Origin: Candidatus Poribacteria bacterium
GTDB taxonomy: Bacteria; Poribacteria; WGA-4E; WGA-3G
Assembly (NCBI GenBank): GCA_963663765.2
Contig: CAXXUA010000004.1
Span: 1,088,001 to 1,152,000 of the forward strand
Length of the DNA stretch: 64,000 nucleotides
Direction of reading: 5' to 3'
A model generated the notes under the pieces. It ran no database searches, was not told the DNA's origin, and saw only the letters and a program-made list of their open reading frames with translations. Made by a program: the position numbers and the translations under genes. Positions within the stretch are counted from its first letter, which is position 1. Every line of letters starts with the position of its first letter. Positions 52,282 through 62,817 of the stretch are shown here, one piece after another.

Positions 52282-52656
52282 CTATGCCCAACCCGTTTTC
52301 CGGTCTATATTACCAGTCCTCAGATCAGTAAGAACTGTCTTTTGTGCTTCTCCTAATGCTTCACTCTGCTTCCCATATTTCGTTGTTAATGCATGTAATT
52401 TTAGATCCGCTTTATGAAATTGAGCAATCAGTTGAAATGTGTCATCTGAAGAGTAATTTGCAAGTGCAGCATCAGTCGGAATTGTAATGGTATCCAAAAT
52501 GTCAATTTTACCCAACCCCTCTAAATAATTCTCAACAGTGAGAGTTTCAACATTCCCATTCTGCTGTTCGTTTTCATCTACTATCCAATAAACGCAAATG
52601 CCGATAAACACAATAACAAGGACGCCCAGTGCTCCGTAAAATGTTTTATTAGTCAT
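52282..52656 (-). CDS. Hypothetical protein with N-terminal TM, possibly truncated
   Basis: AAGGAG RBS; the frame stays open 39 codons past the TAG. Confidence 0.6.
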   Translation of the reverse strand: MTNKTFYGALGVLVIVFIGICVYWIVDENEQQNGNVETLTVENYLEGLGKIDILDTITIPTDAALANYSSDDTFQLIAQFHKADLKLHALTTKYGKQSEALGEAQKTVLTDLRTGNIDRKTGWA

Positions 52657-52827
52657 TGTGTTTCTCCTTTATATTAAAGTGTTAACTTTCCGCCTATATT
52701 TAACAAAAACTTTGTAATGACAAAGTTAGAGACCGTCGGTGCGCCTAATCTAATTAGGAAACTACCCCGATGTAATCCGTCAATAGGATTATTCAGATTT
52801 CCTAATGATCAAATTTTCCAAAATGAA

Positions 52828-53222
52828 ACCCCGCTGGTAGGAGCGACCTCCCGGTCGCGACCGTACACCCCGCTGGTAGGAGCAACCTCCCGGTCACGAC
52901 CGTACACCCCGCTGGTAGGAGCAACCTCCCGGTCGCGACCGTACACCCCGCTGGTAGGAGCAACCTACCAGTCGCGACCGTACACCCCGCTGGTAGGAGC
53001 AACCTCCCGGTCGCGACCGTTTTGATTCATTGTATCCTTACGGTCGCGACCAGGAGGTCGCTCCTACCAAGAGGATAATGATGCAAAAAGAGGATAATGA
53101 TGCAAAAAAACACATTCCGCGTTTTCTGTGTCCTCTGTGATTCAGACATAATACGTAAGGTTCCTGTTTTATTCGAGTAATCCGTGATTCTGACAACACA
53201 TCTGCCAAAAACTTTACACACA
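52828..53222. repeat. 39-bp x5 REP tandem array and inverted copy of the ~51410-51690 element
   Basis: accccgctggtaggagcaacctcccggtcgcgaccgtac units; reverse-complement similarity to 51410-51690. Confidence 0.85.
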
Positions 53223-53312
53223 TGTAATCACCTCGGCTTGTAAATTTCTTACTTCTCTTGTAATTATAGCAAATTGTGTAAAAAAAGCCAATAAAAAAAG
53301 TTTGTAAAACAC

Positions 53313-53341
53313 TTGCATTTCATTCTGTTTTAACATATAAT
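53313..53341 (+). promoter_or_regulatory. Sigma70-type promoter for the glycosylase gene
   Basis: TTGCAT-17-TATAAT. Confidence 0.6.
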
Positions 53342-53351
53342 TTGTGAAAGC

Positions 53352-54275
53352 ATGCCGATGAAAACAACGGAATTCATTGATATAAGTCTATTACGCATAC
53401 AGAATGTGCCGGATTTTAGCCTGAAATACACTTTAGAATCTGGACAGTCATTTCGATGGAATTTGGTGAAGGACGCATATTACGGTGTCGTTGAAGAACA
53501 GATACTCAAAATACACCAACGTCATGATACCTTAATCATAGGAAGTTCTAAGCAACAAGATGAAACATCTTTCACATCACACCTGAGACATTATCTTGAT
53601 TTAGAACGCGAATTGGCAAATATCTTATCTGCAGTAAAAGTTGATGATTATATTGAACGTGCAATCAATAAATTCTGGGGGATGCGTATACTAAACCAAG
53701 AACTATGGGAAACTATAGCATCATTTATCCTATCACAAAACAACAATATAGCACGTATCCGAGGTATTATCCGGAGACTTGCCGAACGTTTCGGTGAAAG
53801 ATTAGAATTAGATGGTTATGTAGACTACACTTTTCCAACACCGCACATACTTGCTGATGCTGGAATTGATGAGATCTTTTCATGCGGAACAGGATATCGT
53901 GCAAAGTATCTCTGGAATTCTGCGAACAACATAGTCAATGGAAAATTAGTTCTTGATAATCTTAAACAAATGCAATACAATGATGCAAAACAGGAATTGA
54001 TGAAACTTGAAGGAGTTGGTGAAAAAGTTGCTGATTGTATCTGCCTCTTTTCACTTGGACACCTAACAGCATTACCTGTTGATGTGTGGATAAAACGTAT
54101 TTTTGAAAGCATTTATCTACGCAAACGCGCAACGTATCGCGAAATTCAAGAATTTGCAAGAAACTATTTCGGACAATATGTCGGGTATGCTCAACAATAT
54201 CTATTTCACTACGCTCAAAACCAACAAAACTGGGCAGATGATGAACATCTTGCATTAATCAAAAAGATAAAATAA
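53352..54275 (+). CDS. 8-oxoguanine DNA glycosylase (Ogg1-type, HhH-GPD)
   Basis: TLESGQSFRW, SFILSQNNNI, GYRAKY, LEGVGEKVADC, PVDVW, GYAQQYLF. Confidence 0.92.
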   Translation: MPMKTTEFIDISLLRIQNVPDFSLKYTLESGQSFRWNLVKDAYYGVVEEQILKIHQRHDTLIIGSSKQQDETSFTSHLRHYLDLERELANILSAVKVDDYIERAINKFWGMRILNQELWETIASFILSQNNNIARIRGIIRRLAERFGERLELDGYVDYTFPTPHILADAGIDEIFSCGTGYRAKYLWNSANNIVNGKLVLDNLKQMQYNDAKQELMKLEGVGEKVADCICLFSLGHLTALPVDVWIKRIFESIYLRKRATYREIQEFARNYFGQYVGYAQQYLFHYAQNQQNWADDEHLALIKKIK

Positions 54276-54328
54276 TCATAAAATAGTAATATCAATAAAA
54301 CGTTACGATGGGAATAGATTCAACTAAA

Positions 54329-54630
54329 CCTATTGGCGTAGACTTAAGAGAAAAATGTTGTCTTTCTCTTGTGGAAGGGTTTTGTAACCCCCAATGATAC
54401 AATGATACAGGATTAAAATTGCTAATTCGGGGTTGAAAAACCCTCCCAAAAGAAAGTTACTCCTTAAGTTTACACCAAGTTTACACCTAATGAAGTTTGA
54501 CAATCAAAATCGGTAGTTGAATTCGTAGGGGTTGGGTTCCCCAACCCGTTTGGTTTTTGAGTTTGCGTAGATCTTGTGTGGAAACCACGCACCTACGAAT
54601 ACACAACTTGAACGTCAAAACTCATTAGGG
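54329..54630. mobile_element. Degenerate H-like composite MITE with REP doublets
   Basis: CC...GGG ends flanked by the 15-bp direct repeat atagattcaactaaa. Confidence 0.65.
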
Positions 54631-54764
54631 ATAGATTCAACTAAACACATCATTATTATTCAAAAACATCATCTATAGAATACACAACATTACAAGAAAA
54701 TACTGTGTATTTGAAAAGTGAATTATATTAGATGAATTATGTTAAATGTTTATAGGAGGATTCA

Positions 54765-55121
54765 ATGTCTGAAAATACCGGAAAAAATGTAGTATCTCTT
54801 TTAGAAGAACATGTTGACCTTGCTATCTCTACCGTCAATAAACTGAGAGATGAAATAGTACAACATGAGACCGAAATTGCACGTCTCAACAGTGAAGTTG
54901 TACAACGTGATGCAAAAATTCAAGAACTTGAAAATGACCTAAGCGAGTTGAAGGATTCATCCGAATTTGCAAGGTTAGCAACAGAAGAGGAACGTGAAGG
55001 CATCCGTAAACAACTCGAAGGCTTAATGGCAGGTCTCACAGAACCTGGTGCAACATCAGAAAGCACTGATGATGCAAATGAAAAATCCGAGGCTGAGGTA
55101 ATGTTTAAGGCTACAAACTAA
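54765..55121 (+). CDS. Coiled-coil protein (ZapB-like, tentative)
   Basis: LEEHVDLAISTVNKLRDE heptads; AGGAGG RBS. Confidence 0.6.
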   Translation: MSENTGKNVVSLLEEHVDLAISTVNKLRDEIVQHETEIARLNSEVVQRDAKIQELENDLSELKDSSEFARLATEEEREGIRKQLEGLMAGLTEPGATSESTDDANEKSEAEVMFKATN

Positions 55122-55146
55122 CCATAACATACCAAAGTAAATACTT

Positions 55147-56277
55147 GTGCGAGTTTTAGTCATTTCTCATTCATATATAATGAAACCATATCGGAGGAAG
55201 TTTAATCTCATCGCATCAAATACAGATGTAAGAATGTCCGTAATTACACCTGACCGTTGGTTTGAAAGTATTCAAGAAATCAAATTCGAACCCGAGAATG
55301 ATACACACTGTGAAGAGTTAGCTTGTCCAATAAGGTTTTCTGGATATGGCAGTCGGTTTTATTATCGCAATGGAATAGCACAACACTTCAAGAATTTTCA
55401 ACCTGACATTATCCATCTTGAAGAGGAACCTTGGAGCCTCAATGCATTCCAGATTGTCCGACTGAAACGAAAATACTGTCCAAACAGCAAGTTCATCTTT
55501 CGCACATCTCTTAGCATCCCATCTAAGCAACGATTCGGACCTTTACCCGTTTGGATCGAAAAGCAAGTTTTTAGCGAAACCGATGTCGCTTTTCCTCTCA
55601 GTGAAAATGCTGGTAAAATCCTAAAACAGAAAGGTTATCTCGGAACACAGATTCCCTTTCCAAACGGTGTTGACATATCGTTGTTTCAGAAACGGGATAT
55701 GAACCAACTCAAAACTTCTCTCGGACTTGCTGATAGTTTTGTCATCGGTTATATCGGTAGACTAATTCAGATGAAAGGTGTTGATACGCTTATTGAAGCA
55801 GCTGCATCCCTAAACTTCCCCTATAAAATATTGATCGTTGGTCAGGGTGAAGACAAACCAAAATTTCTTGAGATTGCAGAAACACATCAAATCGCGGATC
55901 ATATCGTATGGATAGATGTCGTCCCTCCCGAAGAAGTTCCCGATTATCTCAACTGCATGGATACCCTTGTTTTGCCCTCCCGCACAACACCAGAATGGGT
56001 TGAGTTTTTCGGCAGAGTTCTAATTGAGGGTATGGCGTGTGAAGTACCCGTCATCGGGTCAGATTCAGGGGAAATCCCACAAGTCATTGGTGATGCAGGT
56101 TTAGTCTTTCCAGAAGATGATGCGACATCTTTAGCAGAAAAGATAAACCAGATAGCAACAAATCACACACTACGCGAAGCACTTACACAGCGCGGGCTAA
56201 AAAGAGTTCAACTTTTTACATGGGAAACAATAGCACAAAACACCTATGAAGTTTATCAAGATCTATTAGCAGAATAA
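55147..56277 (+). CDS. Glycosyltransferase family 4
   Basis: PNGVD, YIGRL..KGVD, EFFGRVLIEGMAC. Confidence 0.92.
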   Translation: MRVLVISHSYIMKPYRRKFNLIASNTDVRMSVITPDRWFESIQEIKFEPENDTHCEELACPIRFSGYGSRFYYRNGIAQHFKNFQPDIIHLEEEPWSLNAFQIVRLKRKYCPNSKFIFRTSLSIPSKQRFGPLPVWIEKQVFSETDVAFPLSENAGKILKQKGYLGTQIPFPNGVDISLFQKRDMNQLKTSLGLADSFVIGYIGRLIQMKGVDTLIEAAASLNFPYKILIVGQGEDKPKFLEIAETHQIADHIVWIDVVPPEEVPDYLNCMDTLVLPSRTTPEWVEFFGRVLIEGMACEVPVIGSDSGEIPQVIGDAGLVFPEDDATSLAEKINQIATNHTLREALTQRGLKRVQLFTWETIAQNTYEVYQDLLAE

Positions 56278-56342
56278 CTACTGACTATGTATGTTGAATC
56301 GCATGTGAAATAAAATGGGTTAATAGAAGAGATTGGAAGGAA

Positions 56343-56425
56343 TGCCCCCGACTGGACTCGAACCAGCATGCCAACTAAGGCACAGGTCCTTAACCTGCTG
56401 TGTATACCAATTCCACCACAGGGGC
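56343..56425 (-). tRNA. tRNA-Leu with anticodon AAG
   Basis: Class II cloverleaf; anticodon arm GCAGG-TTAAGGA-CCTGT; A73 discriminator. Confidence 0.92.
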
Positions 56426-56434
56426 ATTTAAACT

Positions 56435-56463
56435 ATTATACTTCTGAACAAGCAGAAAGTCAA
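56435..56463 (-). promoter_or_regulatory. Sigma70-type promoter of tRNA-Leu(AAG)
   Basis: TTGACT-17-TATAAT. Confidence 0.7.
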
Positions 56464-56509
56464 ATATTTTGCAGAAATTGGCAAAGGAATCCAATTGTTG
56501 AAATGTACT

Positions 56510-57199
56510 CTTGTAGGAGAGGTTTTCAACCCTGATTTCCACCTCTTCTGTAGGTGGGGTAGGGATTTTAACATCTTGTGGGAGGGGTTTTCAACCCCGA
56601 CAGAAGCCAAACGCGCTTCTGACGTTGATTTGGATTTTATGTGCATTTCCACTCAAATCGGGGTTGAAAACCACTCTCACAAAAGAAAATGCAAACAATA
56701 TTTTCTTAAGTTGACACCTATGGGTACTTTGTAAGCGCACCCCGACGGTAAGCGGGGAATGCCTAAATGGCATTCATACCGCTGATCTGGTGCTTTGTAA
56801 GCGCACCCCCGATGGTAGACGTGCTTTGTAAGCGCGCACCCGATGGTAGACGTGCTTTGTAAGCGCACCCCCGATGGTAGGCGTGCTTTGTAAGCGCGCA
56901 CCGATGGTAGACGTGCTTTGTAAGCGCGCACCGATGGTACGCGTGCTTTGTAAGCGCGCACCGATGGTAGGCGTGCTTTGTAAGCGCGCTCTTGGGACTT
57001 GATGTACCAGCGCGCTTACAAAGCACGCCTACCAGGGTAGGTTAGATAAAATTACCTAATTTATTTTTTAATCTTCATATAAGGGGGTTAGGGGGGTTAA
57101 AAAGTCGCTATTTCAGTTATTTAACCCCCTAAATCCACCTTATCAGTGGGACTTTAAGAGGCAATGTGGAAGTCATAACTATTTATCAAACTCACGTTA
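56510..57199. repeat. REP/MITE cluster including a ~29-31 bp tandem GGTAGGCGTGCTTTGTAAGCGCGC array and an IS982-type right end
   Basis: About 7 units at 56790-56990; ttatcaaactcacgt at ~57183-57197. Confidence 0.8.
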
Positions 57200-57769
57200 C
57201 GTTTAGTTGTCATCGGTTTGATTTCCATTAGTTTGATAGCTGCTATAGGTTTCTATACGACCGATAGATTTCACAGAGTTGTTCGTATTAGTGCATCAAA
57301 ACTGATGCAGCATAATTGATCGGATGCTTACTGTGCTAACAATACCTATGGAAACAAATCCATCCGTGTCACAGGTCAAATCAAGCGTATTGAGAAGGAA
57401 GAATTGGTCTATTTAGGATTAACTAATCAATTCAAAACAACCGTCGTGCTTCGGGGAATTGACGGGGACCTGATGGTGTCTAGTGAAGATCTTATTGAGC
57501 TATATACAAGGAGAAATAATCCTTCCAGTGTTCCAAGACGCAAAAAACGAAATACTTATGAAGTGCTTTGTTTATTTGATCGAGATCAAACATATTCACT
57601 ACGCTATCTTAATACGGGTGATTTTGTGGAAATACGCGGGAACGTTGTATCTAATAGTTTAGGCAAGTATAACAATATATTATACGGTTTAGATATTGCG
57701 AAGTGTGTTTTGAAAAACCACCGTCCCAACAGCGAGGACATAGACGATGCAAGCATTAGTACCGATTGA
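57200..57769 (+). pseudogene. OB-fold (tRNA_anti-like) lipoprotein pseudogene
   Basis: VRISASKLMQHN*SDAYCANNTYGNKSIRVTG in frame with ORF 57404; TGA at 57317; 5' end abuts an IS982-type end. Confidence 0.5.
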
Positions 57770-58068
57770 TACAGGAACAGCATTACAACACACCATTGAC
57801 AATAAACTGTGAATTAGCATCGCGTGTGACACGCTATTGCTAAAATCCAGACTCGCATATCAGCAGGTGTGGAGACAACTTGATGAAGTCATATCCGAAT
57901 TTCAGTTATGGCTTCAATTCAAGAAAACTCTTGTCTATTTTTGCACATAAGCCACTTAAGAAATATCAGTTTTAAACTTTTTTGGAATATAATCGTCTAA
58001 CGTAACATAAATCCTTTTAGGATCATACCATAAACCTTGAGGATCATACACATTGAGACAGGATACAG

Positions 58069-58323
58069 ATGCAAAACCCTAACCCAGCATTTGAACAACT
58101 TCTCTCCAGTACACTTGACAGAGAAGTCCGTTTTGACGCATATTCAAAAGCACTATACAGCACAGATGCAAGTCTATACAAAATAGAACACATCGGTGTC
58201 GTAATTCACAAGCACAAACAAGATGTCATAAACACAATCCAGATCGATGCTGAACACAAAATCTCTATACTTCCCCGCGGTGGAGGAACGAGTCTCGCCG
58301 AACAGTGTGAATGTAGATACTGA
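58069..58323 (+). pseudogene. N-terminal fragment of an FAD-binding oxidoreductase (YdiJ/GlcD-like)
   Basis: VRFDAYSKALYSTDASLY..PRGGGTSL, then truncated. Confidence 0.75.
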
Positions 58324-58351
58324 GTGGACTGACCTTCGTTTATACAAAGCA

Positions 58352-58610
58352 ATGATAAACCAAGACCCCAACATTCACCACGGAGCAACAGTGTTTACCG
58401 GCACCCGTGTTCCTATATAGTCACTGATTGATCATAAAAAAGCAGGAGACAGCCTTTATGACTTTCTTGAGGGCTTCCCTTCTGTTTCACGAGAACATGC
58501 AATCGCATTCTTAGAATTCGCATTGACAACAGCAATTGAGACATACGCACAACAAGATAGGAAAACAAAGTGACATGCACGTTCTATTTGACGAAAACAT
58601 AAACTGCTGA
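58352..58610 (+). pseudogene. Decayed DUF433 antitoxin plus the start of a PIN-like (DUF5615) toxin
   Basis: DPNIHHGATVFTGTRVPI*..GDSLYDFLEGFPSVSREHAIAFLE, followed by MHVLFDEN. Confidence 0.7.
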
Positions 58611-58701
58611 TTAGTCCGATATAATAAAATGCGACCAAATTAAAAAATGAAATAAAATTCAAATCATACAAAAACATACACATAATACAAAGAGGTTTAC
58701 C

Positions 58702-61700
58702 ATGATATTCAAAAGTTTTTCTCTGACAATAATTACAATTTTAACTTTCTTACTCCCGGGTTTCGCGCAGGAACCGGAATTTCAAGATTATACTGTGAAA
58801 CTCATCTACTTTCTTCCAAAAGACCGTGAACCTCAGAAAGATATAGATGCTAAAATTGATAAGTTAATTAAAAACGTTCAGAAATTTTATGCAGACGAAA
58901 TGGAACGGCACGGATTCGGTAGAAAAACGTTTCAGTTTGAGACAGATGAAGCTGGCAATGCTGTAGTACATCATTTGATAGGTGAACACAATGACGAGCG
59001 TTACCTGAATGCTTCATGGATGACGTGGAGACCAATTTATAAAAAGTTTAAACGATCAAATACTGTCTTTTTCAATGTTATTGATTTCAGTAGTCAACGA
59101 ACCCGCCCAGGGAGTTGTGGAGAGGGACAAGGTGGATTAGACGGTGGACAAGTGCTAATTCCTGCTTCAGGCATCTGTTTTACTCTTGACGTTGCTGCGC
59201 ATGAACTTGGACACGCTTTCGGGTTACCGCACGACTGGCGCAGCGGTTCGCATATTATGTCTTATGGTCCAAGACGAAACAGAATCTCTTTCTGTGCAGC
59301 GCAATGGTTAGATGTTCACCCGTTCTTCAACACCGACCAAATCGACACATTGAAGACAACTTCTAAAACACCGCCAGAGATTAAGATTCTGAAAGTTATA
59401 GAGTACCCATCAAATCTCTTTCACACATATTTTAGGCTGACTGATGCTGATGGACTCCATCACGCACAGATGCAAACCCGATCAACACAACGCTCAGGTT
59501 TGTCAATGCACGGATGTCTAAACCTAAACGGCGAAAGTCATTTAATTCGCTTCACAACTTCCGGGACAGAAATTCTGCTTACCGCTCTTGATGTCCATGG
59601 GAATGTTTCACCGAAGTGGATCACGTTTAAAGATACGAAACCAAACATCAAATTAAATATTTATTCTGGGAATGATAGTGGGAAAGATGGTTTAATCGGG
59701 CATTGGACTTTTGATGAAGTTCAAGATACATTTGCATTTAATTCAAGTGGAAATGGCAACAACGCAATACTTAGCGACGGAGCTGTGTTACAACTTAATA
59801 GCGGAAAAATTGGAGGTGCATTGAGACTTAATGGTAGACATAGTGCCTTTATACCTAATGGAAAGAATCTCATCAATGGCCTTAAAACCTTTACAATAGT
59901 CTTTTGGGTAAAATCAGATACAGTTGACACCGACAAAGGCTTTATTTTCCCCAAAAACCCTAACGACAAAGATGAAATATTTTCCATACGTTACGATGCT
60001 AAGGGAAATGAAGGTGGCGGTACTAATGTTGTCAAAGCAGGCATAACAACAACAGGTGGAGTTCAAACTTATGAGAGTGCAAGCGATGTGCAAACTACCG
60101 AGTGGCAACACATCGCACTAACTTGGCAAAGCGGTCAGGAATTAACTCTCTACATTAACGGGGTGCTTGATAATCCTACATTTAATTCTCCAGCAACTGA
60201 AGGTGAAATAATAGGTGCCGAAACGTTGATTATCGGTAGGGGTTGTAAAGACAAAAGTGGATCCTTCAATGGCTTGATTGATGATGTCCATCTCTATAAT
60301 AGGGTTTTGAGCAAGAAGGAAATTGCTGAGTTATCTCAAATCAACGTAAACGCTGATCCTGTTTATGACGTTGCTTTAGCAGGAGTAGCAGATATAAGCC
60401 CAGAGCATATAGATGAAAGCAAAGATGTAAAGTTTCTTTTTACAGTTACGAATACTGGTAATACAGAAGATACGGTAAAATTAAAAATGTTTGGCAATGC
60501 AGGCGGAACACTGAGTCAACTTTCGGAATCACTTGCTCCTCACACTTCTTCATTAGTGACATTAACAATTGATGGTGCATCGCTTACCACTGCAGGAGAA
60601 CGTGTGGCAATAGTCACAGCTATTTCGGAAGGTGACAACACAAAGACCGCTCAAATCAATGCAAGAGTCTCGATACCACCTGTTTATGGTTTCACTTTAA
60701 CGGGTGTTGGAAAAATGACAAATGAGGTAGTAAACACAAGCCAAGATGTAGAGTATACCTTGAAAGTTACAAACACCGGTAATACTGAGGATACAATAAA
60801 ATTAACAACATCTGGTATAGATAACGCTACATTGAGTGAAACATCCCTTCTGCTTGACACAAAGGCTTCAACTACAGTGAAGTTGACTTTGCCCAAGGCT
60901 TCACTTGATACTGATACAGATTATATTGTCAAAGTTACGGCTACTTCAACAGGTGATAACACAATAACCTCACGTTTGACCACTATTACAACAGTTCATG
61001 CCAATTCTGATCCTATTATTGATCTAAAAGATGGGTTAGTAGGACATTGGACGTTTGATGAGGAAGCCGGAAACACTGCATCTGATATGAGCGGAAACCA
61101 AAACAACGCAACGATCCACTCAATAGGTAACATTTGGAAACCAAACAGCGGGAAAATTAATGGAGCATTACAACTTGATGGTAGAAGTGATGGTGCTTCT
61201 GTCCCAAACGGAGGTAATCTCATCAACTCACTTGAAGCTTTTACCATAGCCTTTTGGGTAAAATTAGATGAAATTGGCACGCCGCAGCCTCATCTTCCAG
61301 AGAATTTAACGATCCCCTTTTGGAAAAAATTTGCGAAAGTTGACACTGACAACGGTTGCATTTTTTCGCCTAAAAACACCTATGATAAAGATGGCGTATT
61401 CACAATACGTTACGATACTAACGGAAATAAAGGTGGCGGCAGCAATGTTATCACAGCTTCTATTACAACAATAGGAGGTGTCCAAAAATATGAGAGTACA
61501 AGCAACATACAAACCACAGAATGGCAACATATCGCTTTAGTAAGGCATAGTGGACGAGAACTCGCACTATACATCAACGGTGTGCTTGATCAACCTACGT
61601 TCAATAGTCCCTCAACACAAGGTGAAGTTATAGGAGCAGAACAACTAATAATCGGTAGAGGTGGTAAGGACACGATTAGTGCTCTTAAAGGACTTATTGA

Positions 61701-61761
61701 TGATGTTCGACTCTATGACAGAGCATTGAGTAGTAGTGAAATTACCAACTTGATGAAATAA
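58702..61761 (+). CDS. Secreted metzincin-type zinc peptidase with two LamG domains and Ig-like linkers
   Basis: Signal peptide; HELGHAFGLPH + IMSY Met-turn; two GHWTFDE...WQHIA..LYING..GLIDDV LamG domains. Confidence 0.85.
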   Translation: MIFKSFSLTIITILTFLLPGFAQEPEFQDYTVKLIYFLPKDREPQKDIDAKIDKLIKNVQKFYADEMERHGFGRKTFQFETDEAGNAVVHHLIGEHNDERYLNASWMTWRPIYKKFKRSNTVFFNVIDFSSQRTRPGSCGEGQGGLDGGQVLIPASGICFTLDVAAHELGHAFGLPHDWRSGSHIMSYGPRRNRISFCAAQWLDVHPFFNTDQIDTLKTTSKTPPEIKILKVIEYPSNLFHTYFRLTDADGLHHAQMQTRSTQRSGLSMHGCLNLNGESHLIRFTTSGTEILLTALDVHGNVSPKWITFKDTKPNIKLNIYSGNDSGKDGLIGHWTFDEVQDTFAFNSSGNGNNAILSDGAVLQLNSGKIGGALRLNGRHSAFIPNGKNLINGLKTFTIVFWVKSDTVDTDKGFIFPKNPNDKDEIFSIRYDAKGNEGGGTNVVKAGITTTGGVQTYESASDVQTTEWQHIALTWQSGQELTLYINGVLDNPTFNSPATEGEIIGAETLIIGRGCKDKSGSFNGLIDDVHLYNRVLSKKEIAELSQINVNADPVYDVALAGVADISPEHIDESKDVKFLFTVTNTGNTEDTVKLKMFGNAGGTLSQLSESLAPHTSSLVTLTIDGASLTTAGERVAIVTAISEGDNTKTAQINARVSIPPVYGFTLTGVGKMTNEVVNTSQDVEYTLKVTNTGNTEDTIKLTTSGIDNATLSETSLLLDTKASTTVKLTLPKASLDTDTDYIVKVTATSTGDNTITSRLTTITTVHANSDPIIDLKDGLVGHWTFDEEAGNTASDMSGNQNNATIHSIGNIWKPNSGKINGALQLDGRSDGASVPNGGNLINSLEAFTIAFWVKLDEIGTPQPHLPENLTIPFWKKFAKVDTDNGCIFSPKNTYDKDGVFTIRYDTNGNKGGGSNVITASITTIGGVQKYESTSNIQTTEWQHIALVRHSGRELALYINGVLDQPTFNSPSTQGEVIGAEQLIIGRGGKDTISALKGLIDDVRLYDRALSSSEITNLMK

Positions 61762-62190
61762 TTATGTATAGTAACGTAAGTTGCTACCTATAAGGTTTAG
61801 ACGAATAAACACCGTTTATTATAGAGTATAATACACTTTTCGGTAGTATTTGTAGCACAAACTTTTAGTTTGTGCATCCTTAGAACGCAAACTGAAAGTT
61901 CACGCTACAAATGCGTACTGGCTCAATGCCAAAACCACCTTCTTGGTGAAATAATTATGTATAGTAACGCAAGTTGCTACCTATAAGGTTTAGACGAATA
62001 AACACCGTTTATTATAGAGTATAATACACTTTTCGGTAGTATTTGTAGCACAAACTTTTAGTTTGTGCATCCTTAGAACGCAAACTGAAAGTTCACGCTA
62101 CAAATGCGTACTGGCTCAATGCCAAAACCACCTTTGGGATTTAGTATGAAACCACATCAGATTCCAAAATTGCTTATACCGAGTTCACGT
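61749..62190. repeat. 193-bp tandem duplication of a family J (IS982-type) MITE left part with REP doublet
   Basis: 61749-61941 repeated at 61942-62133. Confidence 0.85.
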
Positions 62191-62817
62191 TAATTTTAAT
62201 GCATTTTAAATGGAGAATAAACTGATGATAAATCCCAAAGAACTCGCGAAAACAGGCTTAATTCTGCTTGAAGAACCTGTCCTCGCCATTTTATTTATTG
62301 CAATAAGTAGTTTTGGACTTGCAAAAATCCCTTAAGACTCATCAGGCACACTGGATGTCTCCAAACCCTCTGCATCATGATTCAGTTCGTTCTTAGCAAT
62401 ATGGTGTGACAATGTTTCTGACAAATAATGGCTTACAAGACTCAGTTCTTCTAAATGCTCACTTTCAGATAAAGCAGGTTTCAAAAGAGCATTACTGTCT
62501 TTGTCAAATCCATTATCTTCAATACTTTTGCCATAGATTTTCTACTATCCATCATCGCATACTTTCATTGACAAACTTATCAAAAATGCTGTTATTGCTC
62601 CTATAGTTATACTTATAGCACGCCTCTGCCACATACAAGGGAGTGTATTCTGTTTGGTAATGGTGGTGACTACCATACCACGCCCGTTTTAGTAGACCCC
62701 AAAACCCCTCAATCGTGTTTGTATGGACATCTCCATCAACAAATTGCTCCTCGTGATTGATGATGTGATGTTGTAACTCTTTTCCAAGCGTCAGATACGC
62801 TTTATATTCTTATGTTA

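Noticed and set aside
51616-53025. CRISPR-like 39-bp arrays and small repeat ORFs
   Set aside because: Linkers are identical within each array; these are REP tandem repeats and the ORFs are spurious.
56591-57026. Repeat-encoded small ORFs or CRISPR
   Set aside because: Tandem REP monomers with no spacers or RBS.
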